From assembly GCF_009914755.1 (NCBI RefSeq), contig NC_060925.1: 64,000 nucleotides of DNA; one strand, written 5' to 3'. Below the pieces are notes generated by a model. That model saw only the letters and a list, made by a program, of their open reading frames with translations. It was not told the DNA's origin and ran no database searches. Below are positions 1 through 14,499 of the stretch, in pieces. The translations under genes were made by a program, and so were the position numbers. Within the stretch, counting starts at the first letter, position 1; every line of letters begins with the position of its first letter. The stretch is from the human T2T-CHM13v2.0 reference genome, Homo sapiens.

Positions 1-1976
1 GATACTACTCAGATAGTTCAGATCACATGATGGCAGAAATAATGCTCACTGATTTTTTAAATTTTTTAAATATTTATTGAATTCACACAGCAATAGCTTT
101 TTTTCTCTCCCAAAACCTTATTAAACACTGAGGACCTGAAGTAACTGAAGTGCGTCTGGAAAAACCATTCCACTACTTTCTTCTATATGTTCCAGGTTAG
201 GCCACTGGGAGTAAAGTAAATAAAAGATGAGCAATCCAGTCACTTAAATAGATTTTTTACTGTCTAAACCTGATCATTGCATGGGCTAAGGAGGATAAAT
301 ATTTCCTCGCAAGGGCCTGCCTCAGTTGATAGTTTCTGCCTACAACACTACAGTGAGAAAAATTCCAAAGCTGCGTTTGGCTCAAAGAGAGAAAGATATC
401 ATGATTATTTCATATTCCCCCAAATTAACATTTGCTATTAAACACAGCTAGCATCTTTATCATCCTTTAGAGATTTCCCTGTTAGAAAAAGTGAGAAACT
501 ATTTGTAGCATTTATTGGTGTTTTTCCTCAGCCTGGTCCTGTTATAAATTAATTTCATCCGCATCCCTAGCTAGACTCTTATACTAAAATTGCACCTGTT
601 TTTCATTCCAAGAATGGAGCAGGATATCTGGTCAAATGATATTCCCCAAACTGTACTGTCTTTCAATAAGAGAGAAATTCCTTGTAGGAGAAAAATCAAT
701 GAGAAAAGGCCCTACTGGGTGTTGGAGCCCATGCTGAGCACTTGTTCTCAGTCACCTTTGCTCAGTTTCCTTGGCTTCTTTGACCACTGACAAGTTACAT
801 TTCTATATCTATACATAACAGCAATATAAGCAGCTGCTTATAACACAAGTCTGCTGGGATTATGAGTGACAATGACAAAATCAGAGAAGCTGCATACCAT
901 TCCATGATAAAAAGGTCAATGCAGCATGGCTGGAAGGTGGAGGAGTTGGGGAAGGGAGTGCTGAGTTAGCAGCTAAGTCCAGCTGGCTGTCCTCATCTAC
1001 TTTTACAAGGATGCTGCTGTTTTCTTTTAGATTCCTTTTTAATTGAAAGTGTTGCTCATCCCTTTGCTGAAAATATGATATGCACACATTCTGAAACTCT
1101 CAATACTTTACTCCTTGTTTGGATTTGTTAAGAAACTGACATCTGTGGGAACTGGGTTACTAGAAGAAAGGGAGGATCAATTAAAGCTGTTTACTTTTAT
1201 GTTTCCAAGGTGAAAGATTATGAAAGAGTGCAAGGCTTTCTAAAGTATTACACTTATTCCCAGTTAGTGTTTTGAAGTATTATATCCATATGAATAAGTG
1301 AATGCATGAATACTGATTCATTTGGATTATTTAATGGAAAGGCTGGAATTGATTGGCACTACATGATGTTACAAATCCTGTTGTTTTAGAGCTGGAAACT
1401 ATAAGGACTTACTAAATTTGACTTTCTCAATTTGTAGGTGGCAGAGAGACTAAATAGGAGGGCACAATAGTGGTCTAGGAAAGTGATGCAACTGAGAGCC
1501 TGATCTGCAGCTTTGGCAGTGGGTATGGCTTGGATTCAGGAAATATTTCTGAGGGAGAAAATCAAAATAATGTGGTAGTCTCATGGGATTATGGAGTGGG
1601 GACCATGAAGGGATAGAGGACTTGAGAAAGATGGAGAGTTCAACCTTAATAGGCTTAGCAGCTGATCGGAAGTTGCAGCTGCTTTGGTTGATCCACATCC
1701 CCTAACTGTTTTGACCCCAAGCATCTTATGTTCCTACCCTCTTTGCTTTGAAATGCAGGTGTTGGCCTGTTAGGTGCAGGGACAAGATGAGACTTAACTT
1801 AACTTCTATCTAATCAATTCACTCCATAGATACTTAGTGAGCACCTACTACATGTATTGCACTGCTCACCACTGAGGATTTAAAGGTAAGACATGGTGCA
1901 TGCTCTTGAGGAGCGTATAGTATAACAGGGAGAGACAGATGTGTAAACAGACAAGTGTGATAAAGTGTTGTACCTC

Positions 1977-2215
1977 CAGGTTTTTCAACCTCAGCACTAC
2001 TGACATTTTGGACTGGATGATTCTTTGTTGTGGAGGGCTGTCTTGTACATTGTAACAGCATCATTAGCATCGCAGCATCGTTAGCAAAATCCCTGGCCTC
2101 TACCAGATGCCTGTAGCACTTCATCCCTAGTTGTGGTGACCAAAATTATCTTCAGATAGTGCCAAGTGTTTTCCCCATGGCATCAAACAAAATTGCTCCT
2201 GGTTGAGAATCACTG
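1977..2215. mobile_element. MER20 (hAT-Charlie)
   Basis: TCAACCTCAGCACTACTGACATTTTGG ... GGTTGAGAATCACTG terminal inverted repeats. Confidence 0.85.
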
Positions 2216-2597
2216 ATCTATATGGTACTGTGAGAACACAAAGAAGGGAGTGAGTAACATTACCTGAGTGGAGTCAGAGGGGATCCAGTTTGGGCCATAC
2301 TGGGATGAGTAGGTGATCCTCAGGCGGACTTTGAGAGCTGGGCCTTCCAGCCAGAGGAAACAGTACAAAAGATAGCAGGTCAATCAGTGGTTTGACAAAC
2401 TGTCAAAAGAGGAGGCCGGAGAGGTAGGCAGCCCAAGAAATGAAAAGCCTTTTATACCATATAAGAGAACTTATATTTTATCTTATTGACAAAAGAAGCT
2501 ATTGAAACATTGTAAGGAAGGAAAATGGTAAGATTTGCAATTGAGAAGAGTCACTTTATGGACAAGGTGGAAGGTGAATTGAAATGGGAAGAGGATG

Positions 2598-2992
<395 letters not shown>

Positions 2993-3404
2993 TTACGTTT
3001 ACAGGGAAAAGTGATGACTCCCAGGACTCTAATCAAAGTGACTGGTGAATGGGGCTGACATCCAACTGAGGGAATACAAAAAAGGAAACAGATTTTGTGT
3101 AAAGGTGGGTGGGCCAAGTTCAGCTTCAGAGGTATTGAGCTAGAAGTGTCTGCAGGTTATCTGTCTAGAAATGTACAGTGGACAATGAAATATTTAGGTT
3201 TAAAGTTCAGGAGGGATTATGTTTCTGAAGCCAAGATCCTGACTCTTTCACTAGCTGCTGACTCTGGCTCCAGCATCCTGTGCTGGATTTTCAAAAGAAA
3301 AACATGGAAGAGGAAACAGCACATGGCGAAGTGATCCTGGCCAGCGATGGTTTCGATATACTTTATCATCTTTCTGGGTTTTTTCCACTAAAGATACATT
3401 TCTG

Positions 3405-3695
3405 GGCTGGGCGCAGTGGCTCACGCCTGTAATCCCAGCACTTTGGGAGGCTGAAGTGGGTGGATCACGAGGTCAGGAGTTCAAGACCAGCCTGGCCAAG
3501 ATGGTGAACCCCATCTCTACTAAAAATACAAAAAATTAGCCAGGCATGGTGGCAGGTGCCTGTAATCCCAGCTACTCAGCAGGCTGAGGCAGAGAACTGC
3601 TTGAACCCAGGAGGCAAAGGTTGCAGTGAGCCGAGATTGCACCACTGCACTCCAGCCTGGGCAACAGAGCGAGACTCCGTCTCAAAAAAAAAAAA
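3405..3695 (+). mobile_element. AluS (Sg-like)
   Basis: Full dimer; TSD AAAGATACATTTC. Confidence 0.92.
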
Positions 3696-4347
3696 AGATA
3701 CATTTCCTATTTCTGGTGGCTTGTGTGACCCTGAGGACTGTATTTTGTCCCTTTATAGTTCAGTGTTATGGAAGAGGTATGGCGGGGAGGGAAGGGGTGG
3801 AGAGGGAAGAGGGGACAGACAGGGAGAGAGAGAGGGTGATCCTAGCGCAGTGCATCCAGTCTTTTCCCATTAAAGGACAGAAAATGATACTGTTTGAATA
3901 GCATACTGGGGCAACTTGAGGGGATTTGAGGGTATCTGTATAGGGCTTGGTGAAAAAATTAATTTTTGATATATAATCATTGTTTTAAAAAGTGTTAGGG
4001 ATTCAATATCAGTAAACTAAATTTGTATACAAATATTTTAAATTTTTAAAATAGAATCTTGAGTTTGCTTCCACAGATATAAATTTCATGTTTGAAATGA
4101 CTACATAAAATTCCTAATCAAAATTTTTTAAATGATGAACTCTAAATTTTTGTTACTATGAATGAGAAATGTGTTCACACAATTTTAAAAGCTTTAAAAA
4201 TCATTTTTACAATCACTTAAAAATTTACAGCAGTTGAACTTAAAGAATCTAATTTCTGTCATCAACAAATGTAATTTTGATATTTCTTGTGATAATGTGA
4301 ATGGGTTTCAAATCTAATCAACTTTTTCTTTAAACTTATTTCAAAAT

Positions 4348-4880
<533 letters not shown>

Positions 4881-5269
4881 GCTCTAGGGAGCCCAACACA
4901 TGCATTATGAAGAGCTGTCGTGGTGCAGCTAGAGTAGCTTCTACACCTGTCTCGCTCTGTGCTGTGCAGTCTCCATGTGCAAGGGACCACAAACTTCACC
5001 TGGAAGTGAGGGCGGAAGCAGGTCCTTGACAGCGCTTAGCTTCTTGCAGCAGATCAATGGATGACTTTTACCATGCCACCTGGAGGCCTGTGGCATGCCA
5101 GCCGATCCCACTTGGTTGCCTTCTGAAAAGTCTGGGTGTACGCTACTTTGGTCCGGAGGTTCCTGGCATCTCTCTAACCCCCAACCCTAAAGCTATCCCT
5201 ATGGGCTAAGAAAATTAGTATTAGACTGCACACCTGTCATCTATTTGAGGCAACAGAGGTGGGAAACTC

Positions 5270-5441
5270 CTCTACAGCATGCATCAGAATCACTTGGAGG
5301 GCCTGTTAAGGCATAGATTGCTGGACTCATCCCCCGACCCCTATTTTCTGATTCAGCAGGTCGAGTGAGGCCTGATAATGTGCATTTCTAGCCAGTTCCC
5401 AGGTGATGCTGTTGGTCTGGAACCACACTTTGAGAGCCAGT
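5270..5441. mobile_element. MER5A (hAT-Charlie)
   Basis: GCATCAGAATCACTTGGAGGG ... CCACACTTTGAGAGCCAGT. Confidence 0.8.
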
Positions 5442-5489
5442 ATGATACAAGTTAAACAAAAGTGTTTTCTAAATACTCCATTTACAGCA

Positions 5490-6181
<692 letters not shown>

Positions 6182-7184
6182 TCAAGCCCAGTGCAACAGC
6201 ATCATAGAAACCCACAGAGGAGAGATTTTCAGAAAGGGAGGAGACACCAACAGTAAACAGCAGAGATCACGTAAGATGAAAAGTCTGTAAAACTTGTCAA
6301 TTAGTAAGTTTGCCATTGATAATTTTGGTAAAAGAAAGATGTCCTGAGTAGCAGGCTAATTGCTATGGACTGAGTAGTGAATGGTGGATGAAAAGGTGGG
6401 AAAAAAACTGAGTGTAGACTGTTTAAGGATTTGGCCACAAAGGAAAGGCTGGAGTGGGAGGTAGTTCAAGAGAAAGTGTTTATTTCTCCTTCCTGCTGTC
6501 TTTCTTCTCTGTGTTATGTGTATGTAAGATCAGAGCATAATTTTATGCTATAGGAAAGTAGTCTGTGAAGAGGTATTGAATATGTGTAACAGTAACCAAA
6601 GGGTAAGGTCATGATCCTAGAGGAGCTTGGGGGGATAAAATCAAAAGTAGGATGGATGACCCCCTCACCAACCGAGACCAGAAGGAAAGACATGATGGGG
6701 ACTAGTTTAGAGGACTGGGCTCAAAGTTGAGGGGGTTCATGTATGAGAGCCTCCATTTGCTCTGGGTGGTTTGGAGCAAAGTCATCTAGTGGTAGAGCAG
6801 GAGTAGGGTAAGAAATGTAAGAGCAATGGCAAAGGCCTGGAGTCATTGCTGCAGGAAATAGACTTGAACAGTGGCATCCGATAGGCACAAATTGGGTCTC
6901 TTTCTCTATCTCGGCTGTTTTCTAGGGCAGGAATGCTGGAAGGAGCAGCTGCAAATTAAAATACACTCCCACAGGCAAGCAAGGATGGGAGGCAGTCAAG
7001 TGGAGGGCGTTAATTACCAGAAGAACAGTGGGCTCCAGTCATCATAATAGGCAGCAGGGTGGAAAACACATTGGTCTGACCCAGGAGCTCTCTGGATGTG
7101 GTTAAGTAATTTTAGGAACCCAAGGAATGAACTCAACAAATAACCCATTAAGTCTTTTTGGTTTGTATAACAAAAACAAATCCA

Positions 7185-7515
7185 GGCCGGGCAGTGACTC
7201 ACTCCTATAATCCCAGTGTTTTGGGAGGCCAAGGTGGGAGCATTCTTCAGTCCAGGAGTTTGAGACTAGCATCGGCAACATAGCAAGACCCCTACCTCCC
7301 CCTCCAAAAAAAAGTAAAAAAAAAAAAAAAGAAAAAGAAAAAGTAGCTAAGTATGGTGGAGCATGCATGACTAGCTACTCAAGAGGCTGAGAAGGGAGGA
7401 CTGCTTGAGCCCAGGTGTTCAGGTCTTCAGCGAGCCATGATCATGCCACTGCATTTCGGCCTGGGCAACAGAGTGGGATCCTGTCTCTAAAAAAAAAAAA
7501 AACAAAAAACAACCC
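7185..7515 (+). mobile_element. AluJ
   Basis: Diverged dimer with an expanded middle A tract. Confidence 0.88.
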
Positions 7516-7519
7516 ACAA

Positions 7520-8330
7520 AACACAGCTTTATGTCTGGGGAACAGAGACCTCTCCTGAGCAAGAGAGATACAACTTGTCACCCCATTACCGGCACTAAAT
7601 CAGATCCCAGATCCACAGCCTTTTGAGCATAGCCCAAATATTCTTGTATAAGGACGCTGTGGAAATATTGTACCTAAGACTGCAAGCAAACTTTCATCTC
7701 CCCAAAGAGTTTGTGCTCCCTTATAGATAATTGCTCTGGAGAAAAGGAAATACCCAAACTTTTTAGTGACTATCATATGCAAATCCCAAACTAACACTAA
7801 TTTCTGGGACCCAAAATGTTGCTGTTTGCCATCAACATTTTGAGCTTATAGAGGTTGGGTGACAAATGAACTGAATTCTGGCCCAGGTTCACCTTTGGGC
7901 AGGGCTAGTGGGACTGTGAATTCATCCTGTGGTCAAGGGCCCTAGTTGCCAAGTGAATAGCTGGAATAGGTAATCTTAGCAACTGGCAGAATTCCTACAT
8001 TGGTACACTCACCCATGGTGTAAGGGCTATTCCGGTAGGAAGTACCAAGTGGGGTGCCAAAACAGTACATCAAAAGCAATGCTACATTCCTGGAGAATTG
8101 CAGAGATAAGTGTTACCATCAAAGGAGAGAAAGATGCTACTGTGATGGTTCCCACCTCATTCCCATTCACTTCACAGATCAGCTGCCACAGATGACTGAT
8201 AGGTCTTGGTTACTGCAAATCCAGTCAAGTGGGGACTCTAAGGGTAGCTACTGTTCCCCAGTGGAGTCTTTCTAATGAAGCAACTTCACACAGCCTCTGA
8301 CACTTGCTTTGCAGTTATCGATCTGGGATT
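7520..8330 (+). mobile_element. ERVL-class endogenous retrovirus internal (protease/RT) remnant; probably also extends upstream to ~6950
   Basis: Frameshifted peptide remnants at 8074-8125 (KQxYIPG/IAEISVTIK) and at ~8300-8325 (xFAVIDL) resemble the ERVL pol motifs KQYRIPGGIAEISATIK and WYAAIDL. Confidence 0.65.
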
Positions 8331-8454
8331 TAGCTCCAGAATATCTTTGTAAAAACCCTCTCTTTTTTATATTATGCACCAATAACTTTTTGATTCAATA
8401 ATATATTTTATGTTTTATTGCCTATCATTCTTTCATATATTCTGGTTCACATCT

Positions 8455-8565
8455 GTATATCAGTTTCTTCACTTTAAAATGGGCATCATAATTGTACCTT
8501 TTTCAGAGTTATTGGGAAGAAAATGAGATAATCTGTGTAGAGCGCACATAGTATGTACTCAATGT
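8455..8565 (+). mobile_element. MIR fragment
   Basis: Core TCAGTTTCTTCACTTTAAAATGGG. Confidence 0.65.
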
Positions 8566-9230
8566 CTGTTGCCTCATCTGTTGGGGATGAGAATCTGGGA
8601 AATCTTTTTTGTAATTCGTTGTTCATTTTGCAGGAGTCATTTTCAAGTCATTCAATGAGATGGTAAACTTTCTGAATACTTTCATGTCTGAGAACGTTTT
8701 TATTTTCCTCTCACTTTACTGTTGGTTAGCCTAAAGGATTCCAGAGTTAGCCCTGAAGATATTGCCACTGAGAAATTCAAGGGCAAACTAATTTCCATTA
8801 TTTTATAGATAACATTTCCATATAAAAATCTCTTGATTCTCTTTCTCCTAGAGTTTACCTACAACAGGATATTTTTTCATTAATTATTTTAAGAACTCTA
8901 AGTGGGCCCTTTTAATAAGATGTGTTTTGGTGCAAATTTGGGACATTTTCTTCTTTTTAACTCCCCAACCCTCACCATCATTCTTGCTGGTTTTTGTTTA
9001 TACAGCTTTTGTCATTCAAATGTTGCAATGTTTAGATCCATTTTCTTTTCCTTTTTGTTAATTTGCTATTCAGCCCTGCCCATTCTGCTATAAACCAGCC
9101 CATAAGTCTTATTTTCAATCTTTCAGGGATTCCTCAATATTCCTGGCTCATTGATGGAACATTTTGTTCCCTTGGCTTAAAAAAAAAAAAAAAAAAAAAA
9201 GCATTATGTCATCAGTTTTAAGAAAGAAGG

Positions 9231-9900
9231 CCGCGGCCGGGCGCCCGGAGCCGCGCAGCCACACTGCCCGGGAATCGGCCCTCGCCCCCGGCCCTGGCGC
9301 TCGGAGCTCGGAGCTCGGAGCTCAGCGCTCAGCGGCTGCCAGGGCTTTTAATGTCTGCTCGGCAGAGCGGGGCCTAGGGCTGGAAAGAGGCTGCCTCGCA
9401 GGAAGGCGCTCTAGCGAGCCTCCTCCTGGGCCCGTCACGCCCGCCGTGGGGCGCTGCAGGTAGGGGCGCGCTCCAGGTGGGGGCGCGCTTCCCCGGGGTG
9501 GCGTGTTGACTTGAGACGCCGGCCCGCTCGCTGGCTGCTGGCTCGCCAGCCGCTTGTCCCTGCCATGAATTGAGACCGCGGGCCAGCCCCGCGCCTACTC
9601 CACCCGCGCCTTTCTCGAGCCTCCTCCACCCGCCGCGGGAGGCCAGGCTTCTGAGGCGGGGGCGGGGGCGGCGGGGGCAGGCAGCTCCCGGCCTGGTGCC
9701 TGCACCATGAACTACCAGCAGCAGCTGGCCAACTTGGCTGCCATCCCGGCCGAGATCCAGCACTTCGAGTTGGTCCACCCCAACGTCTACTCCCATCTAC
9801 CAGCTGCTGGAGCGCGTGGAGGAGCCGGTGCTTCAGAACCAGATCCGGGAGCACGTCATTGCCATCGAAGATGTCTTTGTGAACAGCTAGGAATGGACGC
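9231..9900. promoter_or_regulatory. CpG-island-like segment copied from AGAP1 exon 1
   Basis: Very GC-rich with many surviving CpGs and a GGGGC repeat/GC-box cluster at 9655-9680. Confidence 0.6.
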
Positions 9901-10414
9901 TGAGTCGATCTGTCCCGGAGCTCAAAGTGGTGGCAGGTTCAAGAAAGAGATTGTTGTTGATGGACAGAGCTATCTGCTGCTGATTAAATATGAAGGGGAC
10001 CCCCTGGAGGCGCAGTTTGCCATGTCGGTGGATGCAGTTATATTTGTTTTCAGCTTGGAGGATGAAATAAGTTTCCAGACTGTTTACTACAGTGGAATGG
10101 CCAACTATCGGAACATGAGCGAGATTCCTCTGGTTCTGGTGGGAACCCAGGATGCCATAAGTTCCACTAACCCGAGGGTCATTGATGATGCCAGGGTAAG
10201 GAAGTGCTCCAACGACCTGAAGCGGTGCACGTACTATGAGACGTGTGCTATGTATGGGCTGAACGTGGAAAGGGACTTCCAGGAGGTTGCCCAGAAGATT
10301 GTTGCCACAAGGAAGAAGCAGCAGCTGCCCATAGGACCCTGCAAGTTGCTGCCCAGTTCTCCAAGCCATTCCACCGTCTGTTCTGCACAGGTGTCCGCCA
10401 TGCACATCAACTAG
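9707..10414 (+). CDS. Candidate 235-aa ORF within the AGAP1 retrocopy (P-loop-less GTPase-like domain); translation unproven
   Basis: Native ATG in good context (GCACCATGA). A +1 insertion and an 88-nt loss cancel each other, and the frame is open to TAG 10412-10414. Confidence 0.25.
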   Translation: MNYQQQLANLAAIPAEIQHFELVHPNVYSHLPAAGARGGAGASEPDPGARHCHRRCLCEQLGMDAESICPGAQSGGRFKKEIVVDGQSYLLLIKYEGDPLEAQFAMSVDAVIFVFSLEDEISFQTVYYSGMANYRNMSEIPLVLVGTQDAISSTNPRVIDDARVRKCSNDLKRCTYYETCAMYGLNVERDFQEVAQKIVATRKKQQLPIGPCKLLPSSPSHSTVCSAQVSAMHIN

Positions 10415-10606
<192 letters not shown>

Positions 10607-10717
10607 TAGAAAGGCCTAGAGAGTCATGCATACGGCATTGGGAGCAGCCAAGCCATGCCAATTATACAGGGCATGCTGTTGAAGCAGAGTGGCAAATCGT
10701 TGAATAAAGAGTGGTAA

Positions 10718-11584
<867 letters not shown>

Positions 11585-11587
11585 TGA

Positions 11588-12115
<528 letters not shown>

Positions 12116-14499
12116 TAACCTGTCCAGGAGAAACAATAACCAGAAAAGCAGCAGCAGGAGGGTGCCCACCATCATCTGAGGAACAGCCGTGCCTGCCTGC
12201 CCGCCAGCCACACCTGGGACGCGGCAGCCTCGCAGCATACTCACTTGGAAGTCGCAGCACGTGAGTCCCATCACATCCCCTCACTCTTCCTGGTGGTCGC
12301 CTCCCTCCCACCCACCCACTCCCACCCCACACAAAATCACAAAACCTGGACATCCTCAAGGGGTGAAGAGGCAGCTGGGAGACTGTAGAAGCAGTTCCTT
12401 TGCTCAAATTTCCCTAAACCACAAGCAGGAGAGAGCGACAGGCCTCGGCTCTTTGATGATAGCACACGGCGCAGGACCCTTGTTCTGGTGGCACAAGGGG
12501 CGGGGATGTGAGGGGGAGGGGCAACTTTCCTTAACTGGCAGTTAAGCACATCAGTACTACCAAGCGGAACACTTGGATTCCATCCCTTCTCTGAGGAGCT
12601 TGATGGCATAAATCAGAAGCAAGCACAGAGTTTGTCAGGTTTGAAGCCCTTATGATGGTATGTGTCAAGTCAGTTGTAGCTAATCTGTCCAGGGAGAATA
12701 CTGGCTTCATTACACTTGTACAGTTGAGTTCTTCCAGCATTACTGCTGTTTAATAGAAGAGGATTAGTCATCACCAAGAAGACAGCAGATTAGCCAAGGA
12801 GGTAGTTATGCGGCATGCTCCGGTGATCGCCACAATGTGATTGCAGTACTCTTAGAAGCATCATATCATCCCAGATATGTTCTTTCAAGCCCTTGGAGCC
12901 CTCCTTTCTAAATTCACTGTCATAATTTAGTATCTGTTTAATTTTTCAGTCCAAAGAGAGGAAATCAGTTGCTGAGTAACTTTCTTTTTGACTGCGGTCT
13001 CCTTGGTGCAAAAACAAAATGGGAAAAATAAATAAGAATAACTCAGAAATTCAAAAGGAAATCACAAATTCAGCTAATAATAGCATTTTGAGTATATTTT
13101 GTAAACCAAATAAACACACAAAAGGCTATTTTTTCCAACCATAAGAGACATTGTCTGTCCTTTTGCCAAGGTGGATGTGTTAGTCTCAGGCCCTCCTGGG
13201 CCACACTGCCAAACTCACACGGACTTCTGCATTTTATGTATTTAGATAAGATGTGTGAAAATATATTTGAATAAAAGAAGTTCATAAATATGCATTGATT
13301 TTTGTACAGACAAAAGGCACCTCTCTTAATTTATAAATTGAACTGGATGTGAACTAATAATGTGCAACTAGTTGAGATAAGAGGGTTACAAATCATTGTA
13401 CATGGAAAATATTCCCAGCAGTAAACACTTCCATTAATGTGATCTACAGCTTTTAAAAAGGAGCATCTCAGAATAAGATGGTGGTACAATTTGCTTGTTA
13501 AAATTGAGAAAAAATAGACACATTGGAATATATTAGAAAGGGAAAAGAAGGAATGTGATTTCTTCTGATTGAAAGCATGATTTAGATCAGATACAGTTTT
13601 TGCTAACCAAGACCAAGGGGCTCTGGCAAGACAGGGTGGTTTTCCGAATGCCAGACCGAGGTGCCTTACGAAGGCAGCTGCCGATGGTTCTGTGGCACAG
13701 ACTGGCTCCTGAGAACCCAGACGACCTTGACCCTGCACCCCCGCCCTCCATGCTAGTACCTCGTCTGATTCCCATCGCCACAGTATCCAGCTGCTTGAGA
13801 CATCAGCTGCCTTCAGTGGTGGTAGTCAAACATAGTCAGCCAAACCATGGCATCCCTTAGGTTAAAAGAAAACGGGGCAGCTTTGCCCAGAGCCTGTTGG
13901 CACTGTGGGCGGGGGAGAGGGTTGGGGGAGAGAGAAGGGTTGTCACGATGGAAGATGAGGACACTAGTCTCATGTAGCACAGAAACACGAAGTCACATGC
14001 GCTGGCAGCCTCCGGGGTGCTCCTTGCTGTCATATATTAAACCTTACATTTTATAAGAAAAAAAAAAGAAGGAAGATAAGGTCATTGTGTGTGCTTAAGC
14101 CTCTTTGTTGATTCAAATTCTTTGGTTATTTTGGTTTGTCTTGTTTCTTTAATTAGACTGTACATTTTAAGGTACAAGTCTTTATATTATACAATGCCCC
14201 TCCCTATTCTATATCTCTTAAACTACTGTTTTCTGGTTTTCAAGGACTTTATAAATCTGGCTCATTCTACCAAACCAACTATACATCCAAATAAATCTCT
14301 AGTGGCACCTAGAATGTTGTCCGCTCATTTAAAAAGGTCTCCTAGCCCCACCCATTCCTTCATCAGGGAGCCAGAGTTGCCTTTAGCTCTGCAGGGATTC
14401 TCAGCCAAGAATCAGAATTTTCTGTCTGTGATTTTCCTCAAATAAACCCAGACCTATTGAATGAGAATCTCTGCTTATCAGACCTGTGCACCCTTTTCG

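Noticed and set aside
9179-9200. A22 tract just 5' of the retrocopy as a second insertion tail
   Set aside because: No upstream poly(A) signal, element body or TSD found; it lies outside the retrocopy TSD and is treated as a simple mononucleotide repeat.
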